From positions 4,354 through 68,353 of the forward strand of contig LGEZ01000002.1 in the NCBI GenBank assembly GCA_001508005.1: a DNA stretch of 64,000 bases, read 5' to 3'. Origin of the DNA: Clostridia bacterium 41_269. GTDB taxonomy: Bacteria; Bacillota; DTU086. Position 1 is the stretch's first letter. Each line of letters begins with the position of its first letter. The notes beneath the pieces are model-generated. The model did no database searches. It saw nothing but the letters and a program-made list of their open reading frames with translations, and was not told the DNA's origin. Positions 1 to 9,251 of the stretch are shown here, one piece after another. The translations under genes were made by a program, and so were the position numbers.

Positions 1-9
1 TGAGGTTTT

Positions 10-1433
10 ATGGAATTGATAAAAGTTGATAAAAACAAATATATGATAAAAAAACATGGAAAAATGAAGTGCGATGTTGTTGTTTATGTAAATGATTATC
101 TTTATAAACTTTTAATGGAAGAAAATGAGGCTGTCAATCAGCTGTATAATGCTGCATGCCTGCCTGGGGTTTACAAACGGGTATTGGGTATGCCAGATAT
201 TCATACAGGCTTTGGTCTCCCTATAGGCGGAGTAATGGCAATGGATGGAGAAAATGGAGTGGTTTCTGCAGGTGCAGTGGGTATGGATATTAACTGCGGT
301 GTACGCCTGCTCAGCACTAATATACATCGTTCTGAGGTTAATGAGAGTATATTAAAAGCTCTTTTAAAGGAGATTGAAAGCAAAGTTCCCCCAGGACTTG
401 GGAAAAAAAGCAGAGATAAGAAATTTAGAAATGTAAATTTAGATCGAATAGCGGAATTAGGGGCTCAAGAAATTGTAAGAACTTACGGCTTAGGAACTGA
501 GGAAGATCTTCAAAATACCGAAGATTACGGAAGAATTCCAGGTGGAGACCTGGATGCAGTTTCACCTCATGCTGTGGAAAGAGGCGATCAGATAGGCACC
601 ATTGGTTCAGGAAATCATTTCATTGAAATTGGATATATAAGCAGGGTTTATGATGAGTCCCTTGCGGATTTTTTTGGCTTAAAGGAAAAAAATATTACTG
701 TGTTAATACATACCGGGAGCAGGGGTTTTGGACATCAAATCTGTACAGACTATACAAACATGATGCTTCGTAAAGCTGAAAGCATGAAGTTGCCCATTCC
801 CAGTAAAGGTTTAGCTTATGTGCCCATAAAAACTGAACTGGGCAGGCAGTATCTTGCTGCCATGGCAGCCGCAGCAAATTTTGCTTTTGCCAACAGACAG
901 ATCATTACTGATTATGTTAGGAGTTCTTTTTCAAAAATCTTTAGGCGCTCATGGGAAAAATTGGGGTTAAAATTGGTTTATGATGTGGCTCATAATATTG
1001 CAAAATTTGAAGAATATGATGGCAAAAGCTTTTAATACATAGAAAAGGTGCTACGAGAGCTCTACCTGCCGGACATAAAGACAATCCTGAATATTACATT
1101 TCAACGGGACACCCTGCTATAATTCCCGGAACGATGGGTACTGCATCTTATGTAGTGGTAGGTACTGACAAAGCTTATGAGACTTTTTATTCTGTAAACC
1201 ACGGGGCTGGAAGGGTCCTTTCAAGAAATAAAGCAAAGAAAACTATTAGTCAGCAGGAATTTAATGAAAGCTTAAAGGGTGTCATATGCCTTCAAAAATC
1301 AAAGAAAATTTTGGATGAAGTTCCTCTTGCATATAAAGATATTGAACAAGTTGTTGGCACTCTTTGGGAAATAGGTATTACAAAGAAAGTAGCTAAATTA
1401 AAGCCTTTAGCAGTTCTAAAAGGAGAAGATTAA
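10..1433 (+). pseudogene. rtcB: RtcB family RNA ligase, split by a -1 frameshift at ~1024-1035 (real lesion or sequencing indel)
   Basis: Motifs MPDIHTGFGLPIGG, DINCG, GSGNHF, HTGSRG, YDVAHN in 10..1035. After GGC AAA AGC TTT TAA the -1 frame reads LLIHRKGATRA...PGTMG...HGAGR and ends at 1433. Confidence 0.9.
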
Positions 1434-1447
1434 ATAATTTGGCTAGA

Positions 1448-1473
1448 AGGAATATTATTGTTTTATGTAGAAT
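1448..1473 (+). promoter_or_regulatory. Putative sigma-H promoter
   Basis: AGGA-N18-GAAT upstream of the 1516 small gene. Confidence 0.5.
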
Positions 1474-1515
1474 GAGGACCCTGGAATTTCATCCATCTCA
1501 TGAGGGGGCTTTTTC

Positions 1516-1680
1516 GTGGAGGTAAAGTGTGCTTTGTGCGGTCGGGTGGACGTAATAACAAAAATTCATAAGGATTATTTTAAAATTGCTCGACAGAAAG
1601 GTTCTTATATTTGTGAAATGTGCGAAAAAAGAGTGCGCTATCAGGCAGTTGAATGCAACAAGCCCAAAAAGCCCATGTAG
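1516..1680 (+). CDS. Small Zn-ribbon protein, DUF2197/YlaI-like (54 aa; not in ORF track)
   Basis: GAGGGGG RBS, then GTG; manual translation MEVKCALCGRVDVITKIHKDYFKIARQKGSYICEMCEKRVRYQAVECNKPKKPM with two CxxC; followed by a terminator. Confidence 0.85.
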   Translation: MEVKCALCGRVDVITKIHKDYFKIARQKGSYICEMCEKRVRYQAVECNKPKKPM

Positions 1681-1683
1681 CAA

Positions 1684-1717
1684 AGAACCCACAGGTTATT
1701 TAAACCTGTGGGTTTTT
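1684..1717. terminator. Intrinsic terminator, probably bidirectional
   Basis: AACCCACAGGTT/AACCTGTGGGTT hairpin, T-run on + strand, shorter T-run on - strand. Confidence 0.8.
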
Positions 1718-1826
1718 GCAGTTGCCGTTACCGGCAACCTGGGAGAGGAGAAACCGGAGGAAGAGCTCATGGGGGAGGGTTATTTGGGTAAATAACCTCA
1801 AAGCTCTTCTTGTAATATTTTGTTGT
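1684..1826 (-). ncRNA. Candidate CU-rich small RNA
   Basis: On the minus strand: nested stem GAAGAGCU/AGCUCUUC, CU-rich linker, 7-bp hairpin with GUAA (GNRA) loop, then terminator; GTATA-N18-CAAAATA upstream (1863-1834). Confidence 0.5.
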
Positions 1827-1927
1827 GCATTAATATTTTGGACAGAAATTTTTTAGAATATACTTTGGAAAGAAAAATTTTTTAATTTTTTTTTTAAATT
1901 ATTTTTTATGTTATAATTGCCTTTAAG

Positions 1928-2503
1928 GTGGCATCAATGAGAATAATAGGAGGTAAATACAAGGGGAGACGCCTTAAAACTCCCAAAGATAATAAAATTA
2001 TTAGACCTACCTCTGATAGGGTTAAGGAGGCCATATTTAATATACTGGGGGAAAAAGTACAAAACAGCCGGGTGCTGGATTTATTCTGCGGCACAGGCAG
2101 CTTAGGTTTGGAAGCTCTCAGCAGAGGTGCTTCCCATGTTGTTTTTGTGGATAAAAGTTCTCTCTCATTAAAGCTCGTCAAATCAAATTTGGAGTTAATT
2201 GGAGAATGCGAAAAGGCCTTATTAATTAAAAGTGATGTTTTTAAAGCATTTGGCAGATTGGCAGCAGAAAAAAAGGTTTTTGATGTTGTTTTTGTTGATC
2301 CACCTTATAAAGAGCGGTTTCACAAAGCTATATTGGAAGAACTTGCTTTAAAGGGGCTTATGGAAAAGGAAGGGGTTGTAGTATACGAAACTTCTAAAAA
2401 ATATGAGTTTGCTGAACCTATTCCTTTATTTGTAATGACTAGATCTAAAGGGTATGGAGACACAAAGGTTTCTTTTTTCCTTTATGTGGGAGAGGAGGTT
2501 TGA
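1928..2503 (+). CDS. rsmD: 16S rRNA m2G966 methyltransferase
   Basis: MRIIGG, RPTSDRVKEA, LDLFCGTG, DPPY. Confidence 0.95.
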   Translation: MASMRIIGGKYKGRRLKTPKDNKIIRPTSDRVKEAIFNILGEKVQNSRVLDLFCGTGSLGLEALSRGASHVVFVDKSSLSLKLVKSNLELIGECEKALLIKSDVFKAFGRLAAEKKVFDVVFVDPPYKERFHKAILEELALKGLMEKEGVVVYETSKKYEFAEPIPLFVMTRSKGYGDTKVSFFLYVGEEV

Positions 2504-2506
2504 AAT

Positions 2507-2959
2507 TTGGAAATTTTAAAAACTTTAGATGATCTGGAAAAACTAATAGAAGAGAGCACTAGAATCCCAATAACTGGTAAGATTGTTTTGGATTCTGAAA
2601 ATTTGCTGGATTATGTGGATAAAATAAGGGGATTGCTTCCTGAAGAAATAAGGCAGGCCCAGTGGGTTGCAAAGGAAAGGGATCGCTTAATAAAGGAAGC
2701 TGAAGATGAGGCAAAGAGAATTATATCTGATGCTAAAGAAGAAATTAAAAAGCTTGCAGATGAAACAGAAATAGTTAAAGAAGCTAATGCCCGTGCAAAA
2801 AGTATTATTGAGGAGGCAAAAAAAGAAGCTGATGAAGTTATAAATGGTGCCAATGAGTATGCTGCAGAAATTTTAAGGAACTTAGAAAATACTTTAACAA
2901 AAGCTTTAAATGTTGTTAGAAAAGGAATTTCTCAGCTGAGTGAGGGAGAGCAGAAATAG
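2507..2959 (+). CDS. Conserved coiled-coil protein usually found after rsmD-coaD (DivIVA/ATP synthase B-like)
   Basis: LPEEIRQAQWV motif, EAK-rich coiled coil, synteny. Confidence 0.75.
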   Translation: MEILKTLDDLEKLIEESTRIPITGKIVLDSENLLDYVDKIRGLLPEEIRQAQWVAKERDRLIKEAEDEAKRIISDAKEEIKKLADETEIVKEANARAKSIIEEAKKEADEVINGANEYAAEILRNLENTLTKALNVVRKGISQLSEGEQK

Positions 2960-2976
2960 AGCATTTTTTATAGGAA

Positions 2977-4219
2977 TTACTGTTTAGATTTGGGGATTAA
3001 TAGTTTCTTAATGCAGCATAAAGCCGCATATAATACAACAGCTAATGTACATAAAATTATCAGAGAGATAGAAACTAAGTTTAATATGAATATCCAGTTT
3101 TTATATAAAAGGACTGCTGTATTTCCTGCTTTTGGTAAGAAAGATGACATGACGGGGCTGATGGGACCCAACAGCAGAATCGATATTAGTGGTGAAATTA
3201 CAGCATGAAGTAAGCGTGCAACTATAAATGTGTTCATGCTGAGGTCGGTATCTTTAATTAAGCTTGCTACCTGAGCGTGAATGGATAAACCCTGCCATCC
3301 CAGCATTGCACTAGTGGCAATCAGCTGGACGGTTAAGGGGACTTGGCTTTCACTGGCAAGTTTTGCTCCCAATGTTATTTCAAAAATGCCCGTTGTTATG
3401 GAAGGAATCACTTCAGGATAATTTTTTATTGGGATAAATAGATGATGCAGAATTACAGAGATAATTTTCAAAATTCCAACCAATTTTAAAACTTCAACAA
3501 ATACTGAAAAAAAGATAATAAACCCTCCGATAACCACAAGAGTTTGGACGGATTTTTTTATAGAATCAGCTAAAAGAATTCCTACAGACCTGTTTTCTGC
3601 CGCTTGAGCTTCCAGTAAAGCTTTGAAAGCCTTTTTAAGCAGACATCCCCCGCCACGGGGTCTGTTTTTTTTCTGTATTTCATCCATTTTCCAGAAGCGG
3701 AATAAAAAACCTATAAAAAGATTAGCTGCATAGTGAGAAAAGGCTATAATAATTCCCAGTGCAGGGTTATGATACATTCCCACGGCAACAGCCCCAAATA
3801 TAAAAAGGGGGCTGCTGTTATTAGTAAATGCTATCAATCTTTGGGCTTCCGTTCGGGTGCAGAGGTTTTTTTTTTCGCAGTTCAACTGTTAGCAGGGTGC
3901 CTATGGGGGCTCCAGAAGTATAGCCCATTGCTACAACGAAAGCACCATTTCCAGGGACATTAAATAGGGGTCTCATGATGGGTTCCAACAGTATACCCAT
4001 AAAATGTACTGCTCCAAGTCCTAAAAGGAGTTCGGAAGTAATAAAAAAAGGGAAGAGAGCTGGAACCACAGTGGACCACCAAGCTTCTAAGCCCCTTAGA
4101 GAAGCCTGGAAAATTTCTTTGGGAAACAAGATCATGAAAAGGCACATAAATGCGACAATGAAGGCTTTTATTATGGGAATGTAAACTCTGCGAAAATAAA
4201 CCCTGTTTATTACTAACAC
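2977..4219 (-). pseudogene. ylbJ: Sporulation integral membrane protein YlbJ, frameshifted in an A10 run (3866-3875)
   Basis: N-part (GLEAWWSTVVPALFPFF, EPIMRPLFNVPG) and C-part (EAQRLIAFTNNSSPLFIFGAV, GLSIHAQV) join if one A is removed. Confidence 0.9.
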
Positions 4220-4390
4220 GTTGATCCTCTCCTATTTTTTCTTTGATATATATACTCCTTTTGTTTAAAAAAATGCAGTTTTTAAATAAAAGTCATAAAA
4301 AAACGCGGGCAGGCTAAAGCTTCAGCTGAAAGACAGCATATTTATTGAAAAAGTAAAGCACACTTAATATAAAAAATCCGGAGGATCACG

Positions 4391-5605
4391 ATGAAAATTT
4401 TAGTAACTAACTGTGGGAGTTCATCTTTGAAATGCAAGCTCTTTGACATGGAAAGTGGGAAAGTATTAGCTAAAAGTGTTGTAAATAAGATTGGAAATAA
4501 AGCGGCAGAAGTAAAGTTAATATTTTGGGAAAAAGAGGAATTTAGTGAAACAGCTGCTGTAGAAAGTCATGATAAAGCTTTAAAGTTAGTTATAAAAAGA
4601 CTAACGGATAAAGAATGCAGTGTTTTAAGTTCTTTAGAAGAAATCGATGCTGTGGGGCATAGAGTTGTCCATGGAGGAACTATTTTTAAGGGTCCTGCTT
4701 TGGTTAATAAAAGGGTTAAAAGAGCTATTGAAAAGCTGATAAAGCTTGCACCTCTCCATAACGGCCCGGCTTTAAAAGGTATAAAAGCCTGTGAAAAACT
4801 TTTGCCCGATGTTCCTCAAGTTGCTGTTTTTGATACTGCTTTTCATCAGACACTGCCCAGACATGCGTATCTTTACAGTATTCCTTATGAGTTTTATGAG
4901 AAGTATAAAATTAGAAAATTTGGATTCCACGGTATTTCCCATAAATATGTTTCCATAAGAGCGTCAGAACTGCTTGGAAAACCCTTAAAGAAACTTAAAC
5001 TTATTACATGTCATTTGGGGAATGGTGCCAGTGTTTGTGCTATAAAAGGGGGGAAATCTATAGATACCAGTATGGGTTTTACACCCCTTGAGGGATTAAC
5101 CATGGGAACAAGGTGCGGTGATATTGATCCTGCAATAGTTGCCTTTATTATGGAGAAGGAGCAGATGACAGTAGATGAGGTTGGGGATTTTTTAAACAGG
5201 AAATGCGGGGTTTTGGGACTCTCAGGGATAAGCAATGATTTTAGAGATATAGAAAGAGAGGCTTTTAAAGGCAGTAAAAGAGCTGTTATAGCCCTTGAGG
5301 TTTTTATTTACGATGTTAAAAGATATATTGGTGCTTATGTGGGGATCTTAAATGGCATTGATGCCCTAATTTTTACGGCAGGATTGGGTGAAAACAGCCC
5401 CCTTGTAAGATCTCAAATATGCAAAAACTTATCATATTTAGGTTTGGAAATAGATCCCCATAAAAATTTTGAGCTGCGAGAAGGAGAAAGAATTATATCT
5501 AAAGAAAGTTCGAAGCCTATTATGGTTATACCGACGGATGAAGAATATATGGTAGCTTTGGATACAAAGCAGGTTTTGAAACAGCCAGTCCGCAGCTTTG
5601 CTTGA
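4391..5605 (+). CDS. ackA: Acetate kinase
   Basis: NCGSSSLK, GHRVVHGG, APLHN, FDTAFH, HLGNGAS, TSMGFTPLEG. Confidence 0.97.
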   Translation: MKILVTNCGSSSLKCKLFDMESGKVLAKSVVNKIGNKAAEVKLIFWEKEEFSETAAVESHDKALKLVIKRLTDKECSVLSSLEEIDAVGHRVVHGGTIFKGPALVNKRVKRAIEKLIKLAPLHNGPALKGIKACEKLLPDVPQVAVFDTAFHQTLPRHAYLYSIPYEFYEKYKIRKFGFHGISHKYVSIRASELLGKPLKKLKLITCHLGNGASVCAIKGGKSIDTSMGFTPLEGLTMGTRCGDIDPAIVAFIMEKEQMTVDEVGDFLNRKCGVLGLSGISNDFRDIEREAFKGSKRAVIALEVFIYDVKRYIGAYVGILNGIDALIFTAGLGENSPLVRSQICKNLSYLGLEIDPHKNFELREGERIISKESSKPIMVIPTDEEYMVALDTKQVLKQPVRSFA

Positions 5606-5631
5606 CACTGAGATGTTTCTTTCTGTATAAT
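5602..5631 (+). promoter_or_regulatory. Sigma-A promoter for yceD-rpmF
   Basis: TTGACA-N18-TATAAT. Confidence 0.7.
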
Positions 5632-5664
5632 GCATTTAGTGTTTTTTTTGAGGTGATGTAAAGA

Positions 5665-6189
5665 ATGGAACTCAACATTAAAAAAATTTCAGAAAAAAAA
5701 GGAGCTCACTTAAATTTTAATTTTTATGAAAAACTTTCACCTATGGTAATCGGTGGGGAAAAAATAGATTTTAATACACCAGCTTTTGTAGAAGGTACTG
5801 CGACTAATGTGGGCAGTGGGATTTTAGTAGAAGGAAGGTTGAATACAGAAATACTGGTTAACTGCAGCAGATGTTTAAAAACTGTTTGTGTGAAAATTGA
5901 CACAGAATTTAAAGAAGAATATGTTAAGGAAAGTAAGCTGAATGAACCGTCCTATCACGAACTGTATGAGCAGGGAGAGATACACATTTACAAAGAAAAT
6001 AAGCTGGATATAATGAATGAAATTTTAGAAAATGTAATTTTAAATATTCCTATGAAAGTCTTGTGTTCTGCAGAATGCAGGGGAATATGTTCCATCTGCG
6101 GCCGTGATCTTAACGTTGAACAATGCGACTGCAGAACTGAAAGTGTAGATCCAAGATTAGCAGCTCTTCAAAAATGGTTTGAGAAATAA
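5665..6189 (+). CDS. DUF177/YceD family protein
   Basis: CSRCL, C...CRGICSICG, DPRLAAL; directly before rpmF. Confidence 0.9.
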   Translation: MELNIKKISEKKGAHLNFNFYEKLSPMVIGGEKIDFNTPAFVEGTATNVGSGILVEGRLNTEILVNCSRCLKTVCVKIDTEFKEEYVKESKLNEPSYHELYEQGEIHIYKENKLDIMNEILENVILNIPMKVLCSAECRGICSICGRDLNVEQCDCRTESVDPRLAALQKWFEK

Positions 6190-6216
6190 AATAGGCTCGG
6201 GAAGGAGGGAGAAACT

Positions 6217-6396
6217 GTGGCTGTCCCTAAGAGGAGGCAATCTAAAGCTCGTACGAGAAAGAGAAAAGCTGTATGGCTCAATATTCCTAAGCCCCATGTT
6301 ATTGAATGTCCCCAGTGTCATGAACCTAAACTACAGCACAGGGTTTGTCCTTCGTGCGGTTATTATAGAAATCGTGAAGTGATAGAAGTTGAATAA
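6217..6396 (+). CDS. rpmF: 50S ribosomal protein L32 (Zn-binding type; not in ORF track)
   Basis: GTG start after GGAGG; MAVPKRRQSKARTRKRK...CPQC...HRVCPSCGYY. Confidence 0.97.
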   Translation: MAVPKRRQSKARTRKRKAVWLNIPKPHVIECPQCHEPKLQHRVCPSCGYYRNREVIEVE

Positions 6397-6411
6397 ATAG
6401 TAGAACCAAAG

Positions 6412-6450
6412 AGGTTGTTGGTACAGCTGCCAGCAGCCTTTTTTGTTTTT
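6412..6450 (+). terminator. Terminator after rpmF
   Basis: AGGTTGTTGGTA/TGCCAGCAGCCT hairpin plus T-run. Confidence 0.8.
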
Positions 6451-6566
6451 ATATTTCTTCTATTTGTTTATATTTGCCGCATACTGCAGAAAAATAGCGG
6501 TAATCTTTTTTTATTTTAGACAGCTTTTTCTTGCAACTGCAATTTATTTTATATTATACTTTGTTT

Positions 6567-6596
6567 ATAATATCTGGTATTAATATGAGCTATTAT
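6567..6596. promoter_or_regulatory. Two overlapping FapR-type operators
   Basis: 17-mers ATAATATCTGGTATTAA (6567-6583) and TTAATATGAGCTATTAT (6580-6596) resemble the FapR palindrome TTAGTA-N5-TACTAA, just upstream of fapR. Confidence 0.65.
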
Positions 6597-6613
6597 AAAG
6601 TATTATAGAAAAG

Positions 6614-7195
6614 GTGGAAGTAATGATGTCCCAAGGGCAATCATCGAAAAAAATTCGTCAGAAAAAACTCAAAGAATTTTTAAAGAAAAATCCATTTTTA
6701 ACAGACGATGATTTGGCTGAAATTTTTGGGGTAAGTGTTCAGACCATAAGGCTCGACAGGCTTGCCTTAGGGATTCCTGAAGTTAGGAAGCGAATTAAAT
6801 CTGTTGCAGAGGAAGCTTTTGGGAAAGTTCGCTCCCTTGCTGAAGGGGAGCTGGTGGGCAGACTTTTGGATATTAAACTGGGGCAGTATGCTATATCTGC
6901 AATGGATATAACAAAGGAAATGGTATCAGAACATGGACATGTTAGGGGACATGTTCTTTATGCTCAAGCAAGCTCTCTGGCCATTGCAGTGATAGATTCA
7001 GAGATAGTTTTAACGGGAAGCGCACGGGTGAGATTTAAACGACCTGTTTTGTTGGGAGAGAGGGTTATAGCCACAGCAACAGTAAAAACCCGTAAAGGTG
7101 CCAGCTATCTTGTATCTGTTCACTCCAAAGTAAACAATGATTTAGTATTTAAAGGCCATTTCATTATGTTTGCCCCTGAAAAAAAGAAGCAGTAA
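6614..7195 (+). CDS. fapR: Fatty acid biosynthesis repressor
   Basis: NPFLTD..LA..FGVSVQTIRLDR HTH plus hot-dog domain; first gene of plsX-fab operon. Confidence 0.95.
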   Translation: MEVMMSQGQSSKKIRQKKLKEFLKKNPFLTDDDLAEIFGVSVQTIRLDRLALGIPEVRKRIKSVAEEAFGKVRSLAEGELVGRLLDIKLGQYAISAMDITKEMVSEHGHVRGHVLYAQASSLAIAVIDSEIVLTGSARVRFKRPVLLGERVIATATVKTRKGASYLVSVHSKVNNDLVFKGHFIMFAPEKKKQ

Positions 7196-7207
7196 GGAGG
7201 AAAAAAA

Positions 7208-8233
7208 ATGAAAATAGCAATTGATGCCATGGGAGGGGATTACGCACCGGAGGAAATCGTAAAAGGGGCTGTTGAAGCTGCTAAAGAATATGATGCTGAA
7301 ATAATACTTGTGGGTAACAGCAGTCTAATTAAAGAGCATCTAGGGGACAGGGAATTGAAAAATATAAGTATTGTGCACTGTGACCAGTATATAGCTATGG
7401 ATGAAAAACCAGCTGTAGCTTTGCGCAAGAAAAAAGATGCTTCCATTGCTGTGGCTACAAGACTTGTAAAAGAAGGTAGAGCAGATGCTGTTATTTCAGC
7501 TGGTAGTACGGGAGCACAGATGGCTTCTTCTTTAATTACTCTGGGGCGCCTTAAAAATGTTCAGCGTCCAGCTATTGCAGCAATTTTACCTGGGTTAAAA
7601 GGTAATATCGTACTTTTAGATGCTGGAGCAAATACGGACTGCAGACCGGAGAATTTGGTGGAATTTGCTGTTATGGGCAGTGTTTATGCAGAAAAAGTGC
7701 TAGGTATTAGTAAGCCAAAAGTCGGACTTCTTAATATTGGAACGGAACCCACAAAAGGGGATCTTTTAACCCGGGAAGCTTACCAATTACTCCAAAAAGT
7801 ACCCATCAATTTTTATGGAAACATTGAAGCCAGAGACATTCTGACGGGAAATGTGGATGTGGTTGTATGTGACGGATTTGTAGGCAATTCTTTGTTAAAG
7901 TTTGGAGAGGGTATTGGAAAGATTTTTTATAGTCTGCTGCAGGATGCTGTTAAATCTTCTTTTCTCACAAAATTGGGAGGATTTTTGCTTCTTTCAAGTT
8001 TTAAAGAGATAAAGCGAAAACTTGATTGGCAGGAATACGGTGGAGCTCCTCTCCTTGGGATAAAAGGAATAAGCATTATCTGTCACGGAAGTTCTAAATC
8101 AACCGCAGTAAAAAATGCAGTTAGGGTTGCAATCAAATGTATAAAAGATGATTTTGTTAAAGTTTTATCTGATTTTCTTGAGACAGGATATGTTTCCGAT
8201 AAAGAGAAGGTGAAATTATGTCATCGGCATTGA
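7208..8233 (+). CDS. plsX: Phosphate acyltransferase
   Basis: IAIDAMGGD, SAGSTGA, LDAGAN, GGAPLLG. Confidence 0.97.
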   Translation: MKIAIDAMGGDYAPEEIVKGAVEAAKEYDAEIILVGNSSLIKEHLGDRELKNISIVHCDQYIAMDEKPAVALRKKKDASIAVATRLVKEGRADAVISAGSTGAQMASSLITLGRLKNVQRPAIAAILPGLKGNIVLLDAGANTDCRPENLVEFAVMGSVYAEKVLGISKPKVGLLNIGTEPTKGDLLTREAYQLLQKVPINFYGNIEARDILTGNVDVVVCDGFVGNSLLKFGEGIGKIFYSLLQDAVKSSFLTKLGGFLLLSSFKEIKRKLDWQEYGGAPLLGIKGISIICHGSSKSTAVKNAVRVAIKCIKDDFVKVLSDFLETGYVSDKEKVKLCHRH

Positions 8234-9222
8234 GAACTAGACCTGTTGGAATACTTGGAACGGGAATTTGTTTACCTGAAAAAGTTCTGACAAATAAGGA
8301 TCTAGAAAAAATGGTTGATACATCAGATGAATGGATAAGGACAAGAACGGGTATAGTGGAAAGGCGCATAGCTGATCCTGATACTCCCACTTCTGTTTTA
8401 GCAGAAAAAGCAGCCAGAATGGCACTAAAAAACGCCCGTATTAAAGCGGAGGATATAGGATTAATAATTGTTGCCACTGTAACACCTGATATGATTTTTC
8501 CAGCTACTGCTTGTTTGGTTCAAAACAGATTGGGAGCGATCTCTGCTGCTGCCTTTGATTTAGAAGCTGGATGTTCTGGTTTTATTTACGGTTTGGTCAG
8601 CGGTGCACAGTTTGTAGCTTCAGGAGTTTATGATTATGTACTGGTAATTGGTGCAGAAACCCTGAGCAGGATTGTAAACTGGGAAGATAGAAATACTTGC
8701 GTTTTATTTGGAGATGGAGCAGGAGCTGTAGTTATAGGCCCTGTTCCCAATGGATATGGGTTGTTGGGGATTGACCTTGGTTCAGACGGCAGTGGAGCAG
8801 ATCTTCTAGATGTACCTGGTGGAGGTTCCCTTAACCCTGCTACTAAGTATACAGTGGAGAATAAAATGCATTTTTTGAGAATGAATGGAAATGAAGTTTT
8901 TAAATTTGCAGTCCGGATTATTGGGGATTCTTCTATCAGGGCTCTTATGTCTGCTGGCCTTAAAAAGGAAGAAATTGATTTTTTGATACCCCATCAGGCA
9001 AATATAAGAATTATTCAAGCAGCTGTAAAAAGGCTTAAGCTTTCAAATGATAAAGTTTATGTAAATCTTGACCGATATGGAAATACTTCTGCTGCTTCTG
9101 TACCCATTGCTCTCCATGAAGCATATGAGGAAGGTTTGATTAAAAAGGATAGCATTATAGTCCTTGTGGCTTTTGGTGCAGGATTAACATGGGGAGCAGC
9201 TGTCATTCGCTGGTATGAATAA
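8218..9222 (+). CDS. fabH: 3-oxoacyl-ACP synthase III
   Basis: DTSDEWIRTRTGI, AGCSGF, PHQAN, GNTSAAS. Confidence 0.97.
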   Translation: MSSALRTRPVGILGTGICLPEKVLTNKDLEKMVDTSDEWIRTRTGIVERRIADPDTPTSVLAEKAARMALKNARIKAEDIGLIIVATVTPDMIFPATACLVQNRLGAISAAAFDLEAGCSGFIYGLVSGAQFVASGVYDYVLVIGAETLSRIVNWEDRNTCVLFGDGAGAVVIGPVPNGYGLLGIDLGSDGSGADLLDVPGGGSLNPATKYTVENKMHFLRMNGNEVFKFAVRIIGDSSIRALMSAGLKKEEIDFLIPHQANIRIIQAAVKRLKLSNDKVYVNLDRYGNTSAASVPIALHEAYEEGLIKKDSIIVLVAFGAGLTWGAAVIRWYE

Positions 9223-9251
9223 ATATCTGTTTACAAAGTGGGGGTGAATCT

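Noticed and set aside
1586-1795. ORF-track 69-aa ORF (also 6179..6382 and the many short antisense ORFs)
   Set aside because: They overlap better-supported genes or terminators in other frames and lack RBS or motifs
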